Shown here piece by piece: positions 35,946-44,245 of a stretch of 64,000 nucleotides of DNA; the first letter of the stretch is position 1; every line of letters begins with the position of its first letter. The stretch covers positions 81,209 through 145,208 of IMG/VR virus record IMGVR_UViG_3300029243_000160. One strand, written 5' to 3'. A program made the position numbers and the translations under genes. The notes beneath the pieces were generated by a model. That model was given only the letters and a program-made list of their open reading frames with translations, was not told the DNA's origin and made no database searches. The stretch comes from a virus.

Positions 35946-35974
35946 ACAGTAGTGTACATTTGTCAAGGTGGTGT
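35946..35974 (-). promoter_or_regulatory. Type-1 cassette promoter, box-less copy, driving the sigma4/alpha-CTD gene
   Basis: -10 at 35946-35951, -35 at 35969-35974. No 24-bp box lies upstream. Confidence 0.8.
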
Positions 35975-36034
35975 GTGCATCTGCTTGTGTAAAAGATTTG
36001 AGAACAGGATATGTCGTCTTTTGTACAGGTACAC

Positions 36035-36064
36035 AAAAAAGAGCAGCGAAAAAATCCACTGCTC
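36035..36064 (-). terminator. Intrinsic terminator after lipoprotein gene 36092
   Basis: GAGCAG-loop-CTGCTC followed by TTTTTT on the minus strand. Confidence 0.6.
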
Positions 36065-36091
36065 TTCTGCGAGATTGCGATTGATGTAAAC

Positions 36092-37039
36092 TTAATTCCG
36101 AAGCAAGAGAATTGTCTGAGCGTAATCCAGTGTGTCCGGTTCTCCGTCCAGAACAATAATCGACTTCACAGTTTCGTAGGTAACGACCATCGTTGCTTCC
36201 GAAGTCTTGTAAATGACAACTGGGTGTTCATCATCTTCTGCCTGTCCAGCTGTGCCTGCTCCCAGTTTCTTTTCAATTTCTCTTCGTTCTGTTCCAACAG
36301 TGATGCCGCCGCAAAACGTGATGTATTCCGGCTCTTCTTCGTTATATTCGCTGAATGCAGAATCATTTGTGTAGCCGATTCCCTTTATCAGCATATCATC
36401 GGTAATATCCGGATTGGAAACCTTCGGAACGATTACGTTGCCTGCTCTGTCCAGCAGTTCCATGACGTAAATTGGAGATGTCGGTGAACCATAGAAGGAT
36501 AGTCCGTAGAAGTAAAAGTCCTGATTTCTCTCAACCTTCTTTGAGAAGCGATAAGATGTTCCTGTATCGGAGAGAATCATTTCTGGTGTAACCTCTCTGA
36601 TGTTATATTCATTGCCATCAATTGTGAAGTCGCCCAGACCTGCTTTCACATCATTTGTTTCGTCCACATCAGGCACAAGAGGCAGGGAAGCCTGCTCAGA
36701 ACTGTATTGTGTGTTTTCACTGGACGAGTTGCCAGCTCCTGTGCCAGAGCTATTAGAACCAGCAGTGGACTGCTGATTGCTTTCTGTTGTAGATTCCATT
36801 GTTGTGACAGTCTCTGTTGTAGATTCCAAAGACTGTGTTGTTGCATCTGGAGTTTCCGTATCATACGGATTGACTTCCATTTCCTTTTCATAAGCATTGA
36901 TGCCGAGCTGTTCGTCCGTAGCACCAATACTGGAATCATCATTGTTTGCTCCACACCCAGATAGTGATGCGACTGCAAGAAGCATTGCAAAGACGATTGC
37001 AAATCTTCTATGTTTGGGTTTATTGCTGTGTCTGTTCAT
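36092..37039 (-). CDS. Lipoprotein (paralog family A)
   Basis: Lipobox SLSGC. S/T-rich linker. The C-terminal domain is related to those of 28717-30063 and 30860-31606. Confidence 0.8.
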   Translation of the reverse strand: MNRHSNKPKHRRFAIVFAMLLAVASLSGCGANNDDSSIGATDEQLGINAYEKEMEVNPYDTETPDATTQSLESTTETVTTMESTTESNQQSTAGSNSSGTGAGNSSSENTQYSSEQASLPLVPDVDETNDVKAGLGDFTIDGNEYNIREVTPEMILSDTGTSYRFSKKVERNQDFYFYGLSFYGSPTSPIYVMELLDRAGNVIVPKVSNPDITDDMLIKGIGYTNDSAFSEYNEEEPEYITFCGGITVGTERREIEKKLGAGTAGQAEDDEHPVVIYKTSEATMVVTYETVKSIIVLDGEPDTLDYAQTILLLRN

Positions 37040-37070
37040 GAGATAGCTCTCCTTTCTCTTATGCTTTCAT

Positions 37071-37895
37071 TTAGTTTTCGGTATTTTCAGCATCGCCGAT
37101 GGTGATTTCTTCATCAAAATCATCAGCATTGTCATTGCTGCTGTTACTGAATGAAATGTCGCCATTATCAAAGGCGTTGTACATTGCCTGCATAGTGGTC
37201 ATCATAATGTCTGCTTTCCATGTGTCGCCGACCTTTACTGCAAGCATAGTTGGTGCATAATCTGTCAGACCTGTTTCATCGGAATCTGTTTCCTTAAATT
37301 CCAGCGGAACAACGTATGCGGCATCAACTATATAATCAACCGGATTGCCGTCATCGTCCATTTCCTGAATGAAGTCGTTCAGTTCCTGCAATTCTTCTTC
37401 ATTCATCAGAACAGCTTCGCCGTAAGTGAAACTATCAGGATTGCCATACATATAGCCCTCTCCGCTTTCTGCTTCGCTGTCCTGTTCTGCTGCCATTGCC
37501 AGAATCTCATCTTTGGTCAGCCACTTTCCTTCATCGAGATAAGCATACAGGTCAATGTTGGTGTAATCGCAAACTGCGTTCCAATCCATCTGTCCATATG
37601 CTTCGTAGCCTTTACTTACAAGCTCAATAGCCTGCTCCGGTGTGATGTCTCCTGTGTACACAGTCACCTCAGCCGAAGTGGATTCTTCCGCAGAAGATTC
37701 CTGCGAACTGTTTTCTGCCTCGCTGTCAGAATCAGTCTGAGATTCCAATTCATCGTCCTGAATCGCTCTTACAGATACCTCAGAACTGGAAGTCGATGAA
37801 TCCTTGCCACCGGAACAGCCAGTCAGTATTGTTGCACCCATGCTGGCAGCAGTGATGCAGGTCAGAAAAATTGCGATTGCTCTTGTTTTCTTCAT
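37071..37895 (-). CDS. Lipoprotein (distinct family)
   Basis: ATG37895 has SD AAAGGA. Lipobox LTGC. Acidic S/E-rich linker. Confidence 0.75.
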   Translation of the reverse strand: MKKTRAIAIFLTCITAASMGATILTGCSGGKDSSTSSSEVSVRAIQDDELESQTDSDSEAENSSQESSAEESTSAEVTVYTGDITPEQAIELVSKGYEAYGQMDWNAVCDYTNIDLYAYLDEGKWLTKDEILAMAAEQDSEAESGEGYMYGNPDSFTYGEAVLMNEEELQELNDFIQEMDDDGNPVDYIVDAAYVVPLEFKETDSDETGLTDYAPTMLAVKVGDTWKADIMMTTMQAMYNAFDNGDISFSNSSNDNADDFDEEITIGDAENTEN

Positions 37896-37915
37896 GTACA
37901 AAAGTCCTTTCTGTG

Positions 37916-39031
37916 TTAATAGGTAATCGTGTTACCGTAATCTATTTTCTTGACGGAGCTGATGTTTGCTCCGAGGTCAAGCCCATTCCAGTTGTAGTAG
38001 CCCCAGCTTCCGCTGTAAGCCACACAAGAAGGCAATTCTTTGTCACTGTTATAGATAAATTCTACAACAGATTTTCCGTTGCCAGTTCCACCAAACCAAT
38101 GGAATCTGCCGTCCAGAATACCGTCACCGTCAGCGTCTGATGCCCAGCCTTTGCTGTCACAAATGGACACAGTAAACTGTGTTCCGTTTTCCAGTTCAAT
38201 CAGAAATCTGTCGCCAACAACGCCGTACCAAAGTCCCATTGCTACACAATAATCGCCATATTCATTTCGGCGAATTGTGGTGTCTGTGATAGGGTCTTTT
38301 ACTGAACCTGCAATTGCTCCAGAAGACGGCATTGCAGTCAGTCCGGAAGCACGTTCTCCAGTGAAACAATTTGTCCAGCCCTCTTCGGTCTGATACGTCT
38401 GAATCACATTGACTTGTTCCGTTTTTCCAAGAACCGTTGCAGGTGTAACACAAACATCGTTCTCTGTTTCACCGTCATTCAAAAGAGGCGTAACGGAAAT
38501 TTCGTACTCAGAATTTTCCCGAAGTCCGGTCAAATACCAAGTGTCATTTGCCTTTTCAAGGAACGTGATGTTTTCTGTGTATGGAGCGTAGGTAGAAACA
38601 TCAATCTTGTAGTTTCTTCCATCTTCTCCGTCCCACGTCAGTTTCAAACAGGAAACTGAAATTGTGCTTACGGTCAAGTTGGGAATATCCGGATTTTGTG
38701 TCGGTGTAAAGTTAGCTTCAATTGTGCTGGCTTCTGTTTCCGCTGTCGTAGTTTCTGTTGTTGTCTGTGTTGTGGCAGCAGTCGTTTCATGAGTGGTCTG
38801 CTTTGTTGTTATGGTTGCTTTTGCCGTTGCTCTTGTCGTCTTTTTGGTTGTGGAAGTACAAGTTGCTGTTGGTACTGTTGCAGTCTGAGTAGCAGTGATT
38901 TCTATTGCATCATCTCTGTCTGTCTGAGCAGCTACATTCGTGCCAAGTGCAGAATGGATTCCGACACCAAGCATGGCACAGCAACCGATTGCTCCGATTG
39001 CAACTCCTGTATAAATCATCTTACGCTTCAT
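37916..39031 (-). CDS. Secreted protein with a T-rich linker, an FN3-like domain and an uncharacterised C-terminal domain
   Basis: Signal/TM segment. LKLTWDGEDGRNYKIDVS...EYEISVTPL looks like fibronectin type III. The C-terminal domain might be DPBB/3D-like, but that is weak. Confidence 0.75.
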   Translation of the reverse strand: MKRKMIYTGVAIGAIGCCAMLGVGIHSALGTNVAAQTDRDDAIEITATQTATVPTATCTSTTKKTTRATAKATITTKQTTHETTAATTQTTTETTTAETEASTIEANFTPTQNPDIPNLTVSTISVSCLKLTWDGEDGRNYKIDVSTYAPYTENITFLEKANDTWYLTGLRENSEYEISVTPLLNDGETENDVCVTPATVLGKTEQVNVIQTYQTEEGWTNCFTGERASGLTAMPSSGAIAGSVKDPITDTTIRRNEYGDYCVAMGLWYGVVGDRFLIELENGTQFTVSICDSKGWASDADGDGILDGRFHWFGGTGNGKSVVEFIYNSDKELPSCVAYSGSWGYYNWNGLDLGANISSVKKIDYGNTITY

Positions 39032-39062
39032 CGGTATTTACTCCTTTCTCATTGCTTGTCTT

Positions 39063-39260
39063 TCATATGAGTGTTTCCCCTCTGTGCTGTTCAATCCAGT
39101 GTTCCAGTTCAACAGAATCTACACGATAAATGCGACCAAACCGAATTACCGGAAAGCCGTCAGAGTTCATCAGCTCAATTGCTTTTTTTCTCCCGATATT
39201 GAAGATTTTCTGAACATCTTCCACACTATAAAATCGTCTTTTTACATCTGTTTCTTGCAA
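39063..39260 (-). CDS. Excisionase-family/MerR-like HTH DNA-binding protein
   Basis: YSVEDVQKIFNIGRKKAIELMNSDGFPVIRFGRIYRV. TTG start 7 nt after GAGGTG. Confidence 0.75.
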   Translation of the reverse strand: MQETDVKRRFYSVEDVQKIFNIGRKKAIELMNSDGFPVIRFGRIYRVDSVELEHWIEQHRGETLI

Positions 39261-39276
39261 AGCTTTTTCACCTCTT

Positions 39277-40176
39277 TCAGCATACAGTCAGCAGGATTTT
39301 TGCAATTGCCAGAACCGCCAGATGTGCAGGATAAAAATATCTGCAAGTGACAATACAGGCTTTACTTTTCAGAATCTTTGTCAGCCATTTCGGAAGAATA
39401 AAGCACTTATGCTTTTCACTGCACTGTGCAAAGAAAAACAGAATCAGCAACAAAAATGTTGCCAGATAAACTGTAATATTACTTCCCATTGACAAGATGA
39501 AAATTCCCATCGCAACAATCTGCCACAGCCACTTGCAATGCTTTCTGTTTCTTGCAAAATTGAACAGACCAACGAGCAGGATTCCTCTCCAGCTGTAATC
39601 AACTTTGAAATAATATGCCAGTGCAAAAATCACACCAAAAACAATTCCTGTTCCGCAATTCACAGCAAGCTTTCTTACTTTTCCAGTTCCAAAAAACTTG
39701 CTCCAGCATTTCTGATTACTCTGCAAATTATCCGTTATTGTCAGCATTAAAAAGCAAAGGAAGAATGTGAAAATCGTATTCTGCCCTTTGAAAATGTCCA
39801 TGCTGATTTCGGTCGGGTTTTGCAAAGTTAATGCGAGGTCAAAAGGAATTTCAGATACCAACGCAAGCACTATCAAGCGTATCAGATGTCGCATTGGATT
39901 TTGTGTGTGATAGAAGCTTTCTACAAACAGAAAAGCAAAGATAGGAAATGCAAATCTTCCGACAATGAGACACCACAGTTCTGCATTGTCGCCGATTACT
40001 CCGGTACTATACAATACCTTTCCCAAGTGGTCTGTTACCATTGTCAGAACCGCAATGATTCTGAGCAGGTAATACCATTCTGTTGAGATGCGTTCTGGAC
40101 GAGTGGCAGTAATCGCTTTCTGCTCTGTCAAACGATGCTGCTTTTTCTCCATACGGATTGAACTTCTTTTTCCCAT
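39277..40176 (-). CDS. traX: TraX-family membrane protein
   Basis: LLRIIAVLTMVTDHLGK and a multi-TM profile. ATG40176 lies 9 nt after GGAGTG. Confidence 0.8.
   Translation of the reverse strand: MGKRSSIRMEKKQHRLTEQKAITATRPERISTEWYYLLRIIAVLTMVTDHLGKVLYSTGVIGDNAELWCLIVGRFAFPIFAFLFVESFYHTQNPMRHLIRLIVLALVSEIPFDLALTLQNPTEISMDIFKGQNTIFTFFLCFLMLTITDNLQSNQKCWSKFFGTGKVRKLAVNCGTGIVFGVIFALAYYFKVDYSWRGILLVGLFNFARNRKHCKWLWQIVAMGIFILSMGSNITVYLATFLLLILFFFAQCSEKHKCFILPKWLTKILKSKACIVTCRYFYPAHLAVLAIAKILLTVC
39715..39738 (-). promoter_or_regulatory. 24-bp box copy (22/24 match) inside the traX coding sequence
   Basis: ATTACTCTGCAAATTATCCGTTAT versus the consensus TTTACTCTGTAAATTATCCGTTAT. Confidence 0.4.
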
Positions 40177-40210
40177 ATGATGATACACTCCTTTTTATAG
40201 TACATTATTT

Positions 40211-40266
40211 ATTATAGCCGTTTCATCAATCTATGTCAACCGTTACTGAATGTTTATATCCGTTAT
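40211..40266 (-). promoter_or_regulatory. traX-operon promoter TTGACA-17-TATAAT with a partial box
   Basis: -10 at 40211-40216, -35 at 40234-40239, TATATCCGTTAT at 40255-40266. Confidence 0.65.
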
Positions 40267-40364
40267 TATCAAGAAAGAACTATAAAAGCACATAAATGCA
40301 CAATAAAGCTCAGTAAGCAGAAGAAACCGTGTAACGCAGTGATTCAGGCAAAGGAATAGACTAT

Positions 40365-40384
40365 AAGTATACCTTGCTATACCT
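40365..40384. repeat. Recombinase-core-like site B: AAGTATA-CCTTGC-TATACCT
   Basis: Same orientation as site A. One mismatch in the left arm and one in the 6-bp spacer. Confidence 0.55.
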
Positions 40385-40484
40385 ATAGCCTATCTCATAC
40401 TACAGCTTATCACCTTTACCGTGTTGAGTATCTGGAGATTTCACAACGCTTTTCCACGATACAGTGTTGTTCTATGCGACTTTA

Positions 40485-40868
40485 CTACCTGTTTTCACGA
40501 TTTGTCCAGCACTCGAAGCACATCTTTCCCTTCGATGCAATTATCCCCAGTTCTTTATATTCTCCGCACACACAGCACTTGCCCAGCAAGCTTTCCCGAT
40601 ACCATTTGCCGTCTTCCTTCTGGATAAACTTGTGCTTATAGTTCCGCATGATTTCCGGAACATTTCCGATGTACGTTACCACTCTTGCTTCGTAAATTAT
40701 CCCACTGGAACAGTCCACGAAAACCACATTTTTGTTCTGTGCCTGAACTTCTTCCTGCACTTTACTCAGAAGCTGTTCCAGCTCTTGTCTTGACATTGCG
40801 GAAATGATTCTGTCATTGCTCTCACAGTTCTCGTAAATGCTTCTGCCATTGCAGCTTGATTTCTTCAT
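40485..40868 (-). CDS. Hypothetical protein with a C-terminal Cys cluster
   Basis: 127 aa with SD GGAGAG. CCVCGEY...CFEC. Confidence 0.6.
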   Translation of the reverse strand: MKKSSCNGRSIYENCESNDRIISAMSRQELEQLLSKVQEEVQAQNKNVVFVDCSSGIIYEARVVTYIGNVPEIMRNYKHKFIQKEDGKWYRESLLGKCCVCGEYKELGIIASKGKMCFECWTNRENR

Positions 40869-40880
40869 AATTGCTCTCCT

Positions 40881-41414
40881 TTATCGGTCAAATGAACGCT
40901 TACAAGGTTCGGTTTTTTCTGCGGATTCTTCTGCAAAGTCACGGACTTTTTCTCGGAGTTCTCTCTCATGGCTGTTGTCACAAACCAGAATTGTGATGTT
41001 CTCATCGTTGAACACTTCGATGATAATGGAAAGCACAACTTTCCACGGCATTTTGTCAAGTCCTGCTCCGATTTTCGGCATAGCCAACATCTTGATTCTC
41101 TGCTCTTTCGCCTGCTCTCTCAAATCGAATAAAGCGTTTCTCATGGTTTCCTCAGTCGGCTTGTGGAAGTAGTTTCGTTTCGTTACCAGATTGAACACTC
41201 TGCCGTCCTGCACACAGAAGCCCTTTGTCCAAGAGCCGTCCCATTCTGCAACCACGTTGCCGTATCTCTTTTTCAAATTTTCCTTTATATTGAAGTGCTT
41301 ATTGAACTGAACCGCAATGCCTGCTCCCATAGCAAAATCAGCACTGATGCACTGCACCAGATAGTAGCTGCTTGGCACACAAAACAAGTCACATTCTTCA
41401 TATTTGTAAATCAT
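40881..41414 (-). CDS. Macrodomain protein, TARG1/OARD1-like
   Basis: LVQCISADFAMGAGIAVQF...NLVTKRNYFHKPTEE...LAMPKIGAGLDKMPW...VF aligns along its length to human OARD1 from memory. ATG41414 has SD GGAG. Confidence 0.9.
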   Translation of the reverse strand: MIYKYEECDLFCVPSSYYLVQCISADFAMGAGIAVQFNKHFNIKENLKKRYGNVVAEWDGSWTKGFCVQDGRVFNLVTKRNYFHKPTEETMRNALFDLREQAKEQRIKMLAMPKIGAGLDKMPWKVVLSIIIEVFNDENITILVCDNSHERELREKVRDFAEESAEKTEPCKRSFDR

Positions 41415-41432
41415 GTTTTCTCCTTTCAAGAA

Positions 41433-41663
41433 TCAATCGTACTTCCACTCTTTTGACAGACATCTGTACCAGTAGTAAGAGCTGCTTTCCTCTGGAATCG
41501 ACTTTGGCATAGAAGTTGCAAATCCATCGTCTGAACAATAAATTTCCGGATTGTCTGATACCTTAACAGCCAATCCGACCAGCTCCAAATCGCCCTGAAT
41601 CATGTTCAGAAAATGGCACAGCTGCAAGTCGTTCAAATTTCGGATTTTATCTAAAATTGTCAT
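41433..41663 (-). CDS. Hypothetical small protein
   Basis: ATG41663 lies 6 nt after GAGGTG. Confidence 0.55.
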   Translation of the reverse strand: MTILDKIRNLNDLQLCHFLNMIQGDLELVGLAVKVSDNPEIYCSDDGFATSMPKSIPEESSSYYWYRCLSKEWKYD

Positions 41664-41707
41664 AATTATCACCTCTCATTTTTCGACAAAATCAAACTTT
41701 TTGTATG

Positions 41708-41971
41708 TCATGTAGTTTCAGGCATATCAATTTCAATGTCATTCAATATCGTTTTTTGTTCAGCTTGAAGTGCATCATATAATTTATTGAATGCCAAAAC
41801 TGCATCGAGTGATAATTCGGATATTGTTCTGTCCTGAGAACGACAGATTTGAGAATGAAGTTCACTGACATTGCGATACAATGTTTTTGCAGTGTACATT
41901 AACTCTGTGATTGCTTGTAAATTCTGAAAGTCTTCGTTATCCATACCGTAAAAAATATCAAAATGTTTCAT
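41708..41971 (-). CDS. Hypothetical small protein
   Basis: ATG41971 (MKHFDIFYG). Confidence 0.5.
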   Translation of the reverse strand: MKHFDIFYGMDNEDFQNLQAITELMYTAKTLYRNVSELHSQICRSQDRTISELSLDAVLAFNKLYDALQAEQKTILNDIEIDMPETT

Positions 41972-42001
41972 AACAAGCACTTCCAATCAATAATCAATGT
42001 T

Positions 42002-42358
42002 TCATACCGCTGGCTCTGCATCAACAGGCGGTTCTGCATCAGCCACGCCCTGCATTGCCTGCTCCATCTTCTGCCGCAGATAATATCGCATATCTTCTCT
42101 GATTGCCTTTGTTGCAACGATATGCTTTACGTCTGATGCAACCTCAGTCATCATGCTGTCCACGATTTTCTTTGCAATCAGCTGTTCGATATTTTCAGTC
42201 AGATACCGCTTGATTTTTTCCATATCAACGTGCTTGTAAACGTCTTCGATAACCTCGTCAGGCAGCATAAACTTTTTGAACTGCACAGTGTTATACCGTC
42301 CGATGTCATGGATAACAGCATTCTCCACTGCTTCTACGATTCTTTCTTCAAATGTCAT
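42002..42358 (-). CDS. Hypothetical protein
   Basis: ATG42358 lies 8 nt after AAAGGAG. Confidence 0.55.
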   Translation of the reverse strand: MTFEERIVEAVENAVIHDIGRYNTVQFKKFMLPDEVIEDVYKHVDMEKIKRYLTENIEQLIAKKIVDSMMTEVASDVKHIVATKAIREDMRYYLRQKMEQAMQGVADAEPPVDAEPAV

Positions 42359-42376
42359 AATCATCGCTCCTTTGTT

Positions 42377-42586
42377 TTACTTCTGGTCAATGGTCGGTCT
42401 TTCTTCATAAGCGGAGCAGGTCATCTTCATTTCTCCGCTTGTCATATCAATGTTTGTGGTCTTCGGGATTGTACAAAGGCACATTACATTGTTCTTTCCA
42501 TGTTGCGAAATAACCATTCCGTTGTTCATGAGAAGAACCGTGTCGCCACTTGAAACATTCGCCCACTTACATTTTTTACAATTCAT
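42377..42586 (-). CDS. Hypothetical small Cys-containing protein
   Basis: ATG42586 lies 6 nt after AAGGGGTG. Confidence 0.5.
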   Translation of the reverse strand: MNCKKCKWANVSSGDTVLLMNNGMVISQHGKNNVMCLCTIPKTTNIDMTSGEMKMTCSAYEERPTIDQK

Positions 42587-43061
42587 ATTGAACACCCCTT
42601 ATATTCATTTTCGCACCGCAGTACGGGCAATACGCAGTTTCCAAGGTTGCAAAGAAAAAGCTTCCGCAATTTCCACACACCAGAAAGCTTCCCATGAGTG
42701 TTTCACGCCGTTCCCATTTTGCATGAATCACAGGCTGAATATCTTCCACTGCTGCATTGTCTATCTGTTCCAATATTTCCAAATCATTGGGGTAAGACTT
42801 GCGTATCACAGCTTTCAGCTTGTCAACGTCAATATACCGGATAGTCTTGTCTTCATACGGTTCAAGGATTTTAGCAAACGGAGAATTTTCAAGAAAAGAA
42901 TTGTCGTCATCTTCGTCCTCTGGTAGCACTTCACCAGAAACGACTTCATAATAGCAGTCTGCCCTGCCATAAAGGTCTGCCTTTCGTGTAATCTTGATTA
43001 CATTTCCAGTGTATCGGCAGTTGCCACCAACCCTATACTTTTTGCCAACCTCAATTTTCAT
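42576..43061 (-). CDS. Hypothetical protein with a C-terminal zinc ribbon
   Basis: SD GGGAGA. CGNCG...CPYCG. Confidence 0.6.
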   Translation of the reverse strand: MKIEVGKKYRVGGNCRYTGNVIKITRKADLYGRADCYYEVVSGEVLPEDEDDDNSFLENSPFAKILEPYEDKTIRYIDVDKLKAVIRKSYPNDLEILEQIDNAAVEDIQPVIHAKWERRETLMGSFLVCGNCGSFFFATLETAYCPYCGAKMNIRGVQYEL

Positions 43062-43085
43062 GTGCTTTCTCCCTTACTGCTTTCT

Positions 43086-43280
43086 TTAGTTCGCTTCATC
43101 TTCCGAGACACTTACAGCTGGAGCGTTAGCAATATCATCAATCACCTTTTCCAGCAGCTTTATTCGTGCATCTGCACACTTCGCTTCTTCTTCTGCTAAA
43201 GCATTACGGAACGCCATCAGCCGTTTCAGCAATGCCTTTTCCTTTTCCAGCAGCTTTTCTGCATCAATATACTTACTCAT
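43086..43280 (-). CDS. Small coiled-coil protein
   Basis: 64 aa with SD AAAGGAG. Confidence 0.55.
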   Translation of the reverse strand: MSKYIDAEKLLEKEKALLKRLMAFRNALAEEEAKCADARIKLLEKVIDDIANAPAVSVSEDEAN

Positions 43281-43304
43281 TTTTCTTTCTCCTTTAATGT
43301 TACT

Positions 43305-43634
43305 TTACGCATTCGCTACAGCTTTCGCCCAGCTTGTCACATCTGCGATGCACAAGTTTGCTTCTCTCAGTGAGAACTCTGCATGGTATGCAGGAGCATT
43401 TGCTTTTGTTTCTCCACCGAAGAAGTGTTCCTTTGCAAACAGGCGGTAAACGTCATCTCGCTTCTCAACGTGACACAGAAACATCTTCCTCTCTGCATCT
43501 ACGTCCATGTAAATCATGATGTCCTCGCACCGTCTGACAGCATCTTCAATTCGCTTGCTGTTGCTTTTTGTGATAACGAATTTTCCCAGAGTGTTCCGGT
43601 ACATATACGATACATTTTTCACACGATTGCTCAT
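43305..43634 (-). CDS. Hypothetical protein, first gene after type-2 cassette copy a
   Basis: ATG43634 (MSNRVKNV) with SD GAAAGG. The longer track ORF runs into the promoter repeat. Confidence 0.55.
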   Translation of the reverse strand: MSNRVKNVSYMYRNTLGKFVITKSNSKRIEDAVRRCEDIMIYMDVDAERKMFLCHVEKRDDVYRLFAKEHFFGGETKANAPAYHAEFSLREANLCIADVTSWAKAVANA

Positions 43635-43666
43635 ACGATTCACGCCTTTCTCTCGGTGTCTTAACG

Positions 43667-43750
43667 ACCTTACATATACTATTTTATCATATCTTACAGT
43701 AGATATATTGTGCTTTACTTTTCTGATTGGTAAACCTTTTGTAAACATCG
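43667..43750 (-). promoter_or_regulatory. Type-2 cassette copy a (extended -10 TGaTAAAAT)
   Basis: ACCTTACATATACTATTTTATCATATCTTACAGTAGATATATTGTGCTTT...GTAAACCTTTTGTAAA. The 18-bp segment at 43689-43706 is inverted relative to copies b and c. Confidence 0.6.
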
Positions 43751-43765
43751 GAAGTTGCAGTGTAA

Positions 43766-44152
43766 TTATGATTCGCTGTACCCATTGTTTTTCAAGAAAG
43801 AGTTTGCAACGTCTTCCTGATTCTCAAATAACAAATGCGGTCTTAGACAAGGCTCTGTATAAGGGACATTGAGTTCGATTGTTGTATCTTCGTCCACTTT
43901 CTTTATCTTTGAAATGATAAAATCGAAATCGTCATAACAGCAATCTCTGAACAAAAGAGATGGTTCTCCTTGAAACAATTCCATACAGCCAGCATTCACC
44001 AAGCCATAATCACTATCCATGTGTACCCCATATATCTTTGACTTTTTAATGTCTGGATATAGCAACAGAATACGATTATGCTTCTTTTCAGCATAATGCG
44101 TTTTATATCCATTTTCTCGGTAAAGGCTTTCTATTCTTCTGAACGTATTCAT
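43766..44152 (-). CDS. Hypothetical protein
   Basis: ATG44152 with SD AAAGGA. Confidence 0.55.
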   Translation of the reverse strand: MNTFRRIESLYRENGYKTHYAEKKHNRILLLYPDIKKSKIYGVHMDSDYGLVNAGCMELFQGEPSLLFRDCCYDDFDFIISKIKKVDEDTTIELNVPYTEPCLRPHLLFENQEDVANSFLKNNGYSES

Positions 44153-44245
44153 GTTTTTCCTTTCTGAACGATGCAATGTGTGCTGGCAAATAAAAAGTGG
44201 AATAAATGCTATGTGCATCACTCCACTTCTCGTGCTTTCGTATTC

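Larger units (their letters stand above)
15190..40384. mobile_element. Candidate 25.2-kb excisable segment bounded by two directly oriented core-like sites, with int/xis at its left end
   Basis: Sites A and B share CTATA(G/A)GTATACCT(C/T)GCTATACCT. Int and Xis are Tn916-like. Counter-evidence: the same promoter cassettes occur inside and outside the segment. Confidence 0.3.

Noticed and set aside
40385-40484. Possible terminator or att arm sites on the outer side of core-like site B.
   Set aside because: No stem with a U-tract and no TGTTAA-type repeats were found here. The region is left unannotated.
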